Both the position numbers and the translations under genes were made by a program. This document shows positions 12,107-25,200 of a DNA stretch of 64,000 nucleotides, piece by piece; position 1 is the first letter of the stretch; every line of letters starts with the position of its first letter. This DNA comes from Peribolospora baueri. Lineage: Eukaryota. Under the pieces are notes generated by a model that saw only the letters and a list, made by a program, of their open reading frames with translations, had not been told where the DNA came from and made no database searches. The stretch spans positions 62,001-126,000 of the forward strand of contig JAMDHS010000045.1 in the NCBI GenBank assembly GCA_029717555.1. The letters run 5' to 3'.

Positions 12107-15100
12107 ATGACCTCGGAGTTGGACGTCGCAGCATGCTTGGACATGCAGAAAGATGAGATGACAGCTTTGGAGGTAAGCATGCCACCTCAGTTCGTGTCAA
12201 AAGCGGTGCGAGTGCGACTATACGGAAGGAGGACTATCTGACGAGCGGCCGAGATCCGTGTGGCCACGCTTCCAGTCCATCTATCCTCCCGGCGTCTTCT
12301 CCTACTGCACTGGATCCGAAGGGCTTTTACAAGCGAGGATAGCGGTCCCCGTCCGCTTTCAATTTGAGCGATCGGTGGTCATCGCCACACGGAGGACGAC
12401 GCCTTCCCAACCTCCACCTGATCCGATCGCCTTTGCCACTTCCTCTTCCTCGGATGGGACTACCGGTTCTCTTTCCGCTCCTCATATGGCTGTGGCTCGG
12501 GGAGGCTTGGAAGCAGAGAGCGCTAATGGAAAACGAAAAGAAAAAGCTGTTGAAATGCTACCGGCGGCCACGAGTGGACTCCATCTTCGGCCTCAATCGC
12601 AGAACCGGACAGTGCAACACAGCCAGGATGGCGACAACGGCCGCCGAGGCGGAAGGCGTCGCAGGAATCGCGGTCGAAAGGGAACCCAGCAAGGAGGTAG
12701 CCAGTATGAAAACGACACTCGGAATCTTGGGCAGCCAAATCGAGAAGCGCGGCACGATCGAGACGTACCTCGACAGGAGGCGGGGCCTTGGCACCATGCG
12801 AACGGCACCGCGTCTGAGCGGAAAGCGGGAGCTCAACTATCCCTAAAGATGAACAAGGGCGCTCTTCGAGACGAGATCGGGCCTATGTCGTCGCGCCCGC
12901 CTATGCCGTCTGAACCGCCTTCATCTGTTATCGCGCCTTCGTCCTCGTCATCCTCACCCCCAATCCCGCCGACCCCGATCGAGTCGGAGACCAGACTCTC
13001 TCTCCTCCATCTGCCCCCGGTCATGTTGGAGGTGACTCTGCCTTCTTCCTACCCCCTGCACTCAGCTCCGACGATCACGTCACTCCGGTCGCCCTGGCTC
13101 ACCAACACTTTCTCGTCGAGGGAAGGCCGACGCTCAAAATTGAAGGCCAGATTGACTGAGATTTGGGATGAAGTACGGGCCGAGTCGCTATTCATGTGGA
13201 CCGAGTGGCTGTCGGAGGTCATGTGGGAGGAAGGAGAGGAGCTCAGGCTCGTAGACGGAGACGGGAGCATACGAGTTTGGGAAGAGGGTGAGTCGAGCTG
13301 CTGCGATCGTCTGGGCGCGTAGGATGGTGGGTTTGGACACTCATATCTCTTGCGTACATCATACTCCTCTCCTCCTGGCGCAGTAGACTCTCTTCCCGAC
13401 GTCGCTACCCCGTCTCGGTTAGCGCTGGAACTAGAGCGTTTTGATAAGGCTTCCCGTCAAGAACAGTTCGAAGGCGATAACTTCACTTGCGGCGTCTGCC
13501 TTGAGCACAAGAAAGGAGCTCAATGCGACAAGCTCAAGGCGTGTGGGCACGTGTGAGTTTATGTGCTTTCATACCTCTATTCCGCGTTTGCATGGATTGA
13601 TTCTTTTTAAGCCCCTTGTCGTCATGTGTAGCTTCTGTCGTGAGTGCTTGCGTGACTATTTCACGATGTGCATTCGCGAGGGATGGCCGAACCAGGTCGC
13701 TTGTCCGGATCCCGGCTGCACCAAGGCGCGCGCGAAAAGCGAGTGCACAGCGTCCGAGGATGGGGCCGTGCATCTCAATGGTACAGAAGCAGGTCGCGGC
13801 GGAACAATGAAGGGAAACGTCGATGAGGAGGAGCTGACGGGGATCGTCGGAAAAGAGCTGGTGAAAAGGTATCGGTGGCTCGTGGAGAAGGCGAGACTAG
13901 ATAGCGGTGAGTGAGCGTTGACCACAGAAACGCCTTTCGTTGCTTGCCCGTAGTAACTTACGGTCTACTCGTGCGTGACCTTCAGACCCTACCGTAAACT
14001 ATTGCCCGCGGGATGCCTGCCAAGCTGCCGTGATAAAACCTCCGGATGTGTCAGGCAAAGGCGATGGCGGAATGTACGAGCGTCTTCGGGAATGTCCCAA
14101 GTGTGGTTACGTCTTCTGCGTCTACTGCCGTGAGTTGCGGGGTCACCCTCTTTCTTGACCTTCTCGTCACCCTCACGCTCACTCTCGCGCTGTTCCATTT
14201 CCGCTCCATTTGACTCTCGGTCTGGCTGCAAAGGCAAAACTTGGTGCGATCTCTCTTTCTCGAGACTTGGTCGAGCCGTTCATTTCGCTCACGTTCCGAC
14301 GGCCTTCGCCTCGTCCCGGATGTCGATCATTTTCAGGCACGGCAAGGCCTTTTGCTCCCTTAGCTCGGCGAGCTCGTTGGTATCCGAATATTTGTCTCAC
14401 CCCGCCGGTTCTTCTCAGCGTAAGGCAATGGAGGCCAAGTAGTGAGTGCTTTCTGGCGGTCGCCCTACTTTGCGCCTCGGTCTCTCACCGCTTCCACTGC
14501 GCGCACCCAACAGCGGACGCGTCAACATCGAGCGCCTGGTTCGCCAATACGAGGAGACAAAGGCAAACGACGACTGGCTTAAAGGAAATACGACCGCTTG
14601 TCCCACTTGCGACACGCAAATCGAGAAGAGCTGTGAGTTAGCCATGCCTTCTGCATCGCGCACATGGCTCTCATCCTTTTCGTCTCCTCGGTGGTCTGAC
14701 GGATCCATTTTATCTCCTCTCCTTCCCGTTTCTGATTGCCAGCCGGATGCAATCATATGGAGTGCGGTCGATGTCACACGCACTTCTGTTACATGTGCGC
14801 TGCGAGGATAAAGGCCAGCGAACCTGTGAGGCCTTTCGTCTCTTACCCGTCCGGCTCGATCGATCTCAGTTCATCTCGATCCTATTTGATACTCACCTCA
14901 CGTCCTTTGTTTGCGTTCGCGTTGCGTCAAGTACAAACACTTCAACACGCCCGGCACGAGGTGCTTCCAGCGTCTCTTCGACGGCGCCCTTCCGCCCGGA
15001 GAAGTTGGGTATGGGGAGATCATGTTCGACGACTGGAACGGGCTCGGAGGAGCGGGGATTGTGTTCGACGACTGGAGGAACGAGCCCTTTCTGGCCGACT

Positions 15101-15129
15101 ACGTGGAGGATTATGAGTATTATGTATGA
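12107..15129 (+). CDS. RWD + RING-IBR-RING (RBR) E3 ubiquitin ligase, RNF14/Itt1-like
   Basis: N-terminal QKDEMTALE|SIYP and LPPVMLEVTLPSSYP (RWD); RING1 CGVC...CGHVFCRECLRDY...CPDPGC; IBR CPRDAC...CPKCGYVFCVYCRKTWHG; RING2 CPTC...IEKSSGCNHMECGRCHTHFCYMC. Multi-exon, including a 10-nt exon at 14234-14243. Confidence 0.9.
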
Positions 15130-15959
15130 TCGAGCAGAGCAGCTGTGGCCGCCGTGGGCGAGTCTAATGGGTGCCGCGGTTCATAGTCGCCCGAGCACGC
15201 GTATGAGATGAACACCGCCTTCTACCACTAGTGAGTTATGTACCGAGGTGCGATATCCTCGATTTCAGGAAGAATTTCATGACCTTGGAGGAGCGCGGGT
15301 GCCGGACGGACACTGGACAGAATGCACGGCCTCATCGCTCGCACGTTGCACAGGAGTTGGAAGCAAATGGGAAACCAGGTCCTTAGCCACGACCCGCTCG
15401 CTCCTGGTTGAGAAAGGTAAAGGATCTCAGTGGTCGCACCGACTGTTCTTCGCCAGCGTGTAGCGAGCTTGCTTACACCTCGTTTACATACATGTAAACA
15501 TCGCTAGAGATGTCTCGAGCATGCTGTTCGTGAGCGCACTCTCTCATCGGCCGTCCCCTCGGTAAGGCTAACGTCAGCAAATCGAGCTGGTCCGTGCTTC
15601 GCTGCGGCAAGCGACGGCTTTTCCACGTGGTCGCGCAAGAGTAGATTAGACTTCTTGTGATCGGTGCGCAAGTTGCCGGCGCTAACCATCTTTCATCCCC
15701 TCTAACCCCTCTTCGTCCACCCACCCTCGCCTTTCTCTCACCACCGTACCACCCCACGTTTGCTGGCTGTAAAGTTTTAAGGAGCAGCACGTCTTCGAAT
15801 GCGCGGACGGCCGTCTTGCTCCTGATCTCCTGGAAGCTCTGCTCTTGCTCTCGCCTCAGACCGCATTCATTCTCCTTTCCCGCCCACCTTCAGCGAGAAA
15901 CCGCCTGCCCTCGCTCGGTCGTCTAGTTGTCAATAGCGAAAAGCAAGACAGGACCCGAT

Positions 15960-17031
15960 ATGGCCGACGCGCGAAGGCGCAACGCGTCGGCAGCGATGCT
16001 CCAGACGTCTGCACCCGCCGCGAGCACGCTGGGCGTCCCTCGTACTAGCAGCAGCGAGAGGCAGGTGCGACACCCGCCGGGAGGGGTGTCTGAGGAGGGC
16101 GAGCTGGCGAGGAGGGCACCGCGGGCGGTGAAGAACGGTGAGCGCGACGGATCGGAAGAATGCGCCGGCGACGGTGCTCATTACCGTTTGTTGTATTGGG
16201 CTGGCCTGACCCCGACTCGCTCGAACAGTGATGAAGCAACTCAAATACGTCGTCGGAGGTGCGCTCGTCGTATGGTGGTTCGATGTGTGAGCACGCCTTT
16301 TGTCCTTTCCTCTCTTCCCGTTATTGTGTGTCTGAACCTTTCGTTTTTCCCTTCTCGTCGCGCGCCGCTCAGTGCGACTCAGATTCGCAACGTATACGAA
16401 TCGGACGGCTGGGCGTCGTGAGTGGGTCCTGTTCTCCGGAACACAGAGAAGGAGCGAGGCGCTCTTTGTATCACCAGATAGAATTGACCTAGTCCGCCCC
16501 ATCTCACACCGACCCCGTTCGGTTTGCCTCCTTTCCCCTTCCACACTGCAGGAGGTTATTGGTCATCTCTCTCGCCTTCGGCGCCGCTACTGTCGGCCTT
16601 TTCCTCTACCTCCTCATGCTACCTTACCGAGGGATTACCCCAGATGTGAGTGTCTTTTTCTTTCTCTTCGTTAGCTCAAACGGTCTCTTGCTTTTTTTCT
16701 GTAAATTTCTGTGCTTGTGCATCGCGACCGAACGTCGAACGTGTGAAGTGTGATATTGCTGACGGTGGTACGTCGCTCCCCCTTTCCTTCACCCCACCTT
16801 CCATTCCACCCCGGGCAGTACCCCAACTGGCGCATCTCCCCGCCCCTCTCTTATACTATCCCCCTCCTCACCTTCACCATCCTTTGCGGCCTGCTCTCCC
16901 TCTTCGTCACCCTTTCCGTCGGCGACGCCTCCCGCCTCGGCTGGGCCGGCGCGGCGCTGGGCAGCTTGGCGTCGTACGCGCTCGCCTTCGGGATCATCGG
17001 GCTTTTGCCCGCCAAGACGAGGGCAGATTGA
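15960..17031 (+). CDS. Small multi-pass membrane protein (TMEM128-like, tentative)
   Basis: About five exons; hydrophobic segments LKYVVGGALVVWWF, LLVISLAFGAATVGLFLYLLMLP, YPNWR...IPLLTFTILCGLLSLFVTLS, GWAGAALGSLASYALAFGIIGLLP. Family label rests on recalled resemblance only. Confidence 0.6.
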
Positions 17032-18088
17032 CAGGTCGTCTTGGGCCGATGCGGGGTGCGAAACGGGGTCGGCCCGAGGTTTGCGTTCACGAAAGGTGCG
17101 GGTCGCGGGGGAAGGGTATGCCTGATGGATTCATAATTTCTCGGTGGGAGCGCTAGAGAGGGGGAGAGGGGGATGTGTGAGGGAGGGAGGAGGAAGGGTG
17201 TGACGGCGAGTGGGCGCGGAAGGGCTCGCATGTGGTCTCCTTCCGTATTTCTTGCATCTCGCGTACATGGGGGGCCGCCATTCGGTCGAGACGAGGCTGC
17301 CTGGACCGTGCTCTTGTATTCGACCCGAACGCGACTTCTGGTCGATCAGACGACCGCATCTTTCCTCCCTCCCACTCCCTCATCGCCATCCATCCGTCCA
17401 TGCTTCCATCATCGAGCGGCGGGCGCGGTCTCTGGCCCGTAGCCCAACCCAGCCCCGCCCAGCCCCGCCCAGCCCCGCCCAGCCCAGATCAACTGCAGCG
17501 GACTTGTTTCTGCCTCTACCGCTGCCTCTGCTTCGTCCCCTCCGTTCGCGCTTCTTTGGACCATCGGAATATAGAAAGCGCGCTCTTGACACGACATGTT
17601 CGTTAGATGAGGACGGGATCGGGATCGGGATCGGCTCCTTTTGATCCCTGGCGTTCGAAACGGAGCGAAGAAGCGGCCGGGCCAAACGAACATCTTTCGT
17701 CACGCGTGCCCATGCGTGTCTGTCTGTCTGTCCACGGCGTACCTGCCCCTCCCTCCCGCGGACTCGCCTGGGTGCACTGCGCTCCAAGCTGAGTAAGCCA
17801 CGTCGAACAGGCTCAAAGGGATCGAGTCAGACGTACAAGCAGTGCTCGAGTGATCTACTCCACGGCATGTGCGAACGGCACTTCGTCCTCTATACGGCGA
17901 TGATGATGTGCGGACAAGGAAAGAAGGGCGACCTGTCTTCGCGGTTTCGCACGTGTCGGTGTAACGACGGGCGCGACTCGGTGCGGGTCCACGCAAAACG
18001 CAGGGTGGTTGGGGAGGTCTATATCGGTGAATTGCGGCCCGTGCCGCGAGCCATCCTACATATGATACACGTCCCTGCGTTAAGGTCA

Positions 18089-19465
18089 TCAGGACTGGAA
18101 CTTGCGAAGCGTGCTGATCTCATTCAGGAGCGCCGCCAAGGTATCCTCGTCGATGCGTGTCAGACTGGAAGACGAGCCGGGGACGACGGTAGATCACGAC
18201 GAACGGTAGGATAACGGAACGAGAGGGTAGAAGGAGCGCGAAAGAGGGATGGAAAAGTCGTCAGTCCAGGCGTACGTCTTACCACCTTGGGGCCCAGATG
18301 GCTGTTCGCTCCAACCACGTCCGCAGCAAAGAACTTCCTGCCAGACGCTCCTCCACTAGGATCTTTATCTAGTCGCGCGAAACGAGGAGAACAGCTCACC
18401 TTGGAATAAGCGTTGTGGCCTCTTCGACGGTCTCACAAGCGAGATTACCAAGCTGTGCCTGCTCGAACGAAGTCAGTTGAGGCTCCTTCCGAAGCGTTCT
18501 AGATGCCCAAGAAGGGAAGGGAACGGAAGAGGCAGGACGGAGGGCAGGGAAGGACAGGAAGGTTCACTTAAGCCCAGTCGGCATCCCACGTTGTTCCCGT
18601 AAAAGGCGAGGACGAGCTGAGGTAGTACGCACTCTCGCACGGCCTCCGCCGTCTCCGCGTTGTGGTAGAGCGAGAATTTGTTGACAAACTCGAGCGTCTT
18701 CTGATAGACGCTACAATGGAAAAAAGAGGGCGTAGATGACGTGTAATGGAATGGAAAACATGTCAGAAAGGAGACGTCCGTCCATCCATCATAAGTCCAC
18801 GTGAGTCGAGGGTGCCACCGCTCATATCATGTATTTGACAGGCATCCCTCGTTCAGGGTGAGGGCGTCCTCTCTATAGGAACACTCACGGCGAGTTGACA
18901 GGAACCTGTGCGCCGTGTCTCTCCGACGTGGCGTCGAGGAGCAGCTTGACCTCGGAGATCATGAGGCATGACGAATCTTTGAAATCTGGGGAGCATACGA
19001 ACCGAAATACGAGCTATGCGTCAGAGCCGTCATTCTTGGGGAGTCTCACCCGCTCATACTGCCAACCGTACGCCGACGCCCGATTCCTTCTGTGTTCGGG
19101 TGCATGGTGTACGCAAAAGCCCGTCAGAGGCGCTCTGCCTCCCACACGTCTCCAGGACGGTGGCGAGGACGGAGGCGACAAACGCGCCGAGCACCCTGGT
19201 CCGATATCAACCTTGGCTAAGCCGCCCGTCCGCTGCCTCCCATCGACCAGGTCTATCCAACCCAACGGGCGTCCATCCATCCATTCATCCATCCATCGTC
19301 CGTGCGTCCGTCATCCGTTCCATCCACCCGTCCCCTCGGCCCGGGACCGTCGCATCGCCCCCCGATCGCCCTGGAGCTGCGTCGCGCTGACTCACCAGGC
19401 CCGAGCTTGAGCGAGCCCGCGTCCTCATCATCCTGCACATGCCTCCTATGACGGTGAGAGGACAT
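18089..19465 (-). CDS. RPB4: RNA polymerase II subunit RPB4
   Basis: Five exons: MSSHRHRRHVQDDEDAGSLKLGP|DFKDSSCLMISEVKLLL...|VYQKTLEFVNKFS...AVRE|TLRKEPQLTSFEQAQLGNLACETVEEATTLIP|SLTRIDEDTLAALLNEISTLRKFQS*. Confidence 0.95.
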
Positions 19466-20890
19466 GGCGAGTGGCGGTTCTCGAAAGAGAGTGGGAGAGG
19501 TCAAAGGCGCGTGGATGGGGGACGATATCGAGGGCAAGGGTTTTTACCGCGTATAGCCGCTTACATGCGGGGCCGGCCCGCAGTCTTCCCTTCGCTCCCT
19601 TCGGACGCCCCCTCTCGGCTGGTTCAGGCATCCAAACGCAGCCCCACAGGGGTGCTGTATGTGCACGCACGGGTCATTGAAGCCTCTCGGAGCTCGCTCA
19701 GGATAGCCAGAGGCTGGAAGGGGCGGGTCTGGGTGCTGAATGGGGGGGCGTTGGAGCTCACACATGGACGTCTGATTTCGAAGCAGAGATACGGAGCTTC
19801 GTGGGGCGTCTGGTTCGCAGAGGATCGGTCTTGTTCGCCTCTTCGCCCCCCCCACCCCCCCCCCCGCGGCGAGCACTACGTCGGTTACGAGGCGATCGAC
19901 GAGAATACGTCGGCAAATCAACGGTCGTCCGTTCTCGTTGACCTACTGGTCGGAGCGCCTGGCTTTACTTTACTTGGTCGAGCGGACGGAGTGCGCCACA
20001 CTCGTGTCGCCCAAGATCTGTTTCTGTCTCAGGCCGAACGACGTCCTCGCACGCAGGGGTTGGGGAGGCTCAGGACGTCGGACGTGAAGAGGATACCAAA
20101 GGAGGAACGGCTGACGGAGTTCACATGCTCAGCGACCTGCACGATGGTCTAGGGCACCCCCCCTTTGCCCCCAGTTGCATCTAAGCTTCACGCCGGCCTG
20201 GCACGCGTGAGGCGCGCTTGATCGACGTGCTGGGGAAGACTGTGTCTTCGCGCAAACTAGCGAGTGCTGGCCGGCGTCGAGCTCGGACGGTCGGGTCAGC
20301 CATGCATCCTCCTCGAACGCCGCTCACGCCTGGTCGAACGCGAGCGGTCGGACGTCGCCGCGTGACCGTCTGTGGACGCCGTACGAGCACGGCAGGAAAG
20401 TCTGCCCGCAGGACGCAGTGAACCAAACGACTGTTCCATAGCAGACCTCGATCGGCGCCGTTCGCCTCCGACCCCGTCCGACCGCGTCGCGCATGCAACG
20501 GCCGGTGTGGGCGGCGTTCGCGTGTGCAAGGCGGACTTCAAAGGTGGAGATAAAATGTGATCTCGTCAAGATGGCACGAGGAGGAGCGCGACGACGACGG
20601 ACAACGTGAGCAAGCCCCTGCTTTCTTTTTCTTTTTTTGACAGAACAAGGTAGGACGCAAGTGTTGCTTGCCGCACGGGTCGCTTTGCCGACGTCAGAAT
20701 GTTCATTGGAGGAAGGGGCAGGATGGATGCAAAGGAAGTAAAGGATGACATCGTCTAACTCGTCTGGCAGACGAGTCCCGTCCGGCCCCTTAGCATGTGT
20801 ATGTCCGTTCGATCGCACCGAACGTGGGCATCCCCAGTGACGTGCGCGACCGGCTCGCCCTTCTCTCTCCGTCCGTCCATCCCTCCTTCC

Positions 20891-20960
20891 GTCCGCTTGT
20901 CCGCCCGTCCGCTTGTCCGCCCGTCCGCTTGTCCGCCCGTCCGCTTGTCCGCCCGTCCGC
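20891..20960. repeat. 16-bp tandem repeat (GTCCGCTTGTCCGCCC) x4 plus a partial copy
   Basis: Directly visible, in the intergenic region between RPB4 and the 1925-aa ORF. Confidence 0.9.
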
Positions 20961-22264
20961 TCGCCCGCTTGCCCAGCCGCCTGCGGGCGCAAGAGGAAGA
21001 GCAGAGCGTCGTCGCGCTGGAGACGGGATCTAGGTCGACGTGGAGAGCGCAATGGCGCGGTGGTGAAGAGAAGAGAAGAGAAGAGAAGAGAAGAGCGAGT
21101 GTCGGCGCCGACGGCCGCCCAAGTCAAGTCAAGTCGAGTCGAGTGCGTCGGCCGGTCCGGTCAGTCGTGCGAGGTTGCAAGGTGCAAGGTGCGAGGAACG
21201 TCGAGCTGCAGGGCGAAGGCCAAATTCGGGCGCTTGTGCGACGCTCGGCGGCTGCGGTTCCTCGTCTTGACCAAAATCACGCCCTCACTCGTCCCTGAGT
21301 CGAACTCGACCGCCGTCCCCATCTCCTTCCTTGCTCCCTCTCTCTTCTCTCTTCCCTTCTTCTCGCCCTCTCGACCCCCTCTCTTCGCGCCTCGGCCGTC
21401 GCCCAAGGCCGTCGCACGCTTCCCCCCGTCTCCTCGTCTTTTCTTCCACCCTCCTTCGCGACACGCACACACCCCACGTTCCTCCAACGACCCATCCTGT
21501 CCGCCCTCGGCGGCGAGCAACTGCAAGAAAGGAAGGCGCCTCGCCTCCTTGGCCGCTCTAGCTCCTCCTGCCCTCCCTCCTCTCTCTTCCTCCACATCGC
21601 GTCCGCCGGCGCCGGCCACGTCCATTTGTCCTGCCAAGGTTCGAGCGCGGCCGACCCCCTGAAACCGGACAGCGGACACCGGACAAGCGCTGCGTACAAG
21701 GACCGATATATCACCGTGCCCGCTCTCCAGGGCAGATCCATACACCCGCCCTCTGCACTTTGCCCTTCCTTCCAAAGACGCCGTCGAACCGACCCGCATG
21801 CTATAAGATTACCCCCCCAGCATATCGTCGCTCGTCCCGACACAAGTACGCGACGCGGACACGGACACGGACCAACCCCGAGCGAAAGGAGAAATCGTCG
21901 ACAGGGGACGAGACGGCAAACGGAGGGAGCGAACGAGCGGCTCGGTGACCGACGCTCCCCATCTCTGCTCACTCCTCTCCAGTCCACCGCGTCCTCCGTC
22001 TTCCTTCTCCTTCCCCTTCCTCTGCCCGTGAGAGCCGGTCGGCGATCGCGCTGTCCCGTCCAGTTCGACCCGGTGCATCGGTACATCGCACTGACCCGTT
22101 AAAGGGGGCCCAGCCGTGGCGGTCGTCAAACCGCACGTCCCGAATAGCTGCCGGCCAGCCCGGCGCCATCCGTCCCTTCTCTCAGGCAGCAAGCCAGGTC
22201 GGACGAGGCCAGGCAAGGACAAGCCGCGACCGCCGTCGCTGCCGGTCGTCCCGCCTTGTCCGAC

Positions 22265-25200
22265 ATGGCCCCAGCGGCGACGGCTGCACCACCACTGACA
22301 GGGAAGGCAGCCTTCGGAGAGCAACCGCTCGCCATACTTGCACTCTCGCCCCGGCCCGTCTTCTACCGGCCTCCGCACTCCACCGGCCCGCACTCCGCTG
22401 CCTCGTCTCGCCCTTCGTCTTCCAACGGCGAACCCTCCTTCCCTTCCTCCGTCGACGACTTCTCTTCCATCCCCTCCTCACCCTCCCTCCCCGCGCCACC
22501 CGCTCTGCAGACGGCCACTCTCCAGCCCAACGGCTCTCAATCGCGCCCTCGCCCATCCGCACTCTCCCCAGCGCCTACGCCTTTATCTGGCGGCGTCGTC
22601 GCAGGTGGAGGGGCCTCTAACGGCCCATCGCCTTCCGCCGCTTCTCCCTCTCCAGTCATGGCCACCACGTCACCTCCGATCCCCTCCGCCTCTCGCTCGG
22701 CAACAGGCCGAAGCCAAAGCCAAAGCCAAAGCCAAAGCCAAAGCCAAAGCCAGAGCCAGAGCCAGAGCCAGAGCTCTGCGGCCGTGACCCCTTTGCAGTC
22801 TTCCTCGCGCTCTTCCGGTGGCAGCTACTTTTCCGAAGACTTTCGTCGGAGTGCAAGTGACATTCGGAGGTTGCATTCTCTTTTGGACTCGGACGTCGTC
22901 GCCGCAGGAGGTCGGCCTCATGAGAGAGGGAGAGGGAGGGGGAGAGGGAGAGAGACCCGTGACGACCCCGGAGAGTTGCCGTCGGAGAGGACACCGTCTA
23001 CGCCAAACACGGAGACGGATGAGGAACTCTGGAGGAGGGTGAGCGCTGGCAGGGCTGGCGCCTCGCGCCGGTCGTCGGCGCGCCATTCGCCCGCTCAGAG
23101 CGTCGAGTTGAACGCGTCCACCACGACGGCCCCGGCGAGTGCGGCGGCCGGCCCGAGCAGGCATGCAGGATCGAGCGGCGGTGTCGGTGTCGGTGTCGGC
23201 AGCGGAGCGAGTCCGTTGGCCGTTCTTGCCGCGGCCAATTCTGCTCTTTCGACATCGGTCGTGCGCCCCGCCGCTCTTTCTCCGATCTCCCCCACCTCAC
23301 CGTCTTCGGTCGCCCACACGGTCCAAAGCCAAGCAGAGGTGGAGCGGGGGCGAGGGTATAGGCACGGGCACGGGCATGGGTATGACGCTTCTCCAGAAAG
23401 ACCCCCCAAGGGCGTCGCAGGCTGGGGTCTCCGGTTGGCGCGACGGTTCAGCGTGTCAACGATCAAGAGGGGTGCTGAGAAGGAGAAAGAGAGGATATCG
23501 GAGATGGGCAAGGGCAAGGAGAGGGGAGAAACAACCAAGGCGGGAGGCGAGACGAAACGAGCGACCGGCGAGCCCGGCTCGCGTCGGAGAGTGCTTAGCG
23601 CGCTCGACGACCACCACCGTCCCGCTCCCATCTCTTACCTCGATCTCGAATTGCTCCTGGGCCCGTCTTCGGGGTCGAGCCTCGACATTGGCATCGCCTC
23701 GGCGCGCGCTCGCCCTCGGCCTCGCACCGCTTCGCATGTCATGACGGCTAGAGAGCGAGCTGCACTCGTCCAAGCGGCCGACGCACGCGAGAAGCGGCGG
23801 CCAAGGCCGAAGACTTCCAAGGGCCCCGGTGAGTTTTCGGCGTGGGCGTCAGCGACGACGTCGTCGTCGTCTGGCACAGAAACCCCGCCTGGCGCCGCCG
23901 CCGACGTTGTCGGCGAGTTGCGAGCAACATCGAAGGGGTTCGACCCGCCATTAGGCAAGCAAGCTCGCCGCCGCCCCGATCCGGGCGCGGTGGTGGCAAT
24001 GGAGACCACTTCGCCGGGGCAGAAACCGACTCTGCAGCCCGGTGGTGCTTTTGTCACTTCTGCCGAGGCAATGCCCAGCGTGCGGAAACTCGGTGGCGGC
24101 GCCGCGCCCGCGCGCAACTCGACCCCAATGCCTCCACTAACCCGACCTAGCGCGGCGGGCCCTAGCACGAGCTCGGCGTTTGTGTGGAACGCGTTTCCGG
24201 GAACCGTCGGCCCCAAGGCTTCCAGCCCGACGATGCGCATCTCGACGACGGATCGTACGACGACGACCACCGTGATGGAACCGGATGACGGCCTTGGGAT
24301 GACGGGGACGAACTTCAGGTCTGTCATGCCGTCTTCGGCGGAGCATGATGCCAAGGCGGCGTCGGCTGCGTCGGCGTCGCCTTCGGGTGGCGGCCTAAAG
24401 AGCGGGATGGGTTCGTCGTCGGCCGGACTCGGTAGGAGGGCTTCAGTGCGTCGCGCTGGCGCTGGCGCTGCACCCCTTGAAGCGCTGGCGGAGAGCGATG
24501 GGAAGACGGCGGAGGAGGAGCGCGGCAAAGGTCCGTGGACGGCTCAGGACCTGGCGCGGCAGAAAATGCGCTCGCCCGGAGGAGGTGCCGCCGTCACCGG
24601 TCCCAAGGGGCACGCTGATGAGGAACCGGCACCAGGACGGGCGGCGCCGGTTCTCCCAGCCGCCTCGAGCGTAGAGGGGCAGGGAACCGGAGCAGCTCCC
24701 GTCGTCGGCCCGCCCACGGGATTCGTGGCGTCGGCCGTTCCGGAAGAGCGCGAGAGGGGACAGATGCGACCTGTTCTCACGACCGCCAGCGTCCTCTTGC
24801 CTACGTCGCCGACCTCGTCGGTATCGGCATCAGCATCGGCATCGGCACCAGTGTCGCCCCTGCAGACGTCGCCTACGTCTTCCAAACTCCGTCAAGGCTC
24901 GGGCTTCAAAAAGCCGGGATGGAGACAACGTCTGTCCCTCCTCCACTTTGGCCTCGGCGACGGTAGCGGCGGCGGCGGCGGTCGTGTGGAGACGGAAGAG
25001 GCCGGTTCGAAAGCCCTTTCTCCTTCGTCTCCGTCCGCTTCGACACCAGCAAAGTCCTCGTCGGACACAAAGACCAAGTCAGTCGCGCCTTCGATTGCGA
25101 CCGTCGCTCCTTCCGTCATCTCCCCTCCCGTTGCCACCAAGAGCGGCCCAACCCCTTCTTCGCCGAAAACACCGAGGAAGACGGCTCCGCCTGCCGTCGT

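Noticed and set aside
20891..20960. Short tandem array as a CRISPR or transposon end
   Set aside because: No spacers, eukaryotic context, and no terminal inverted repeats, target duplication or transposase.
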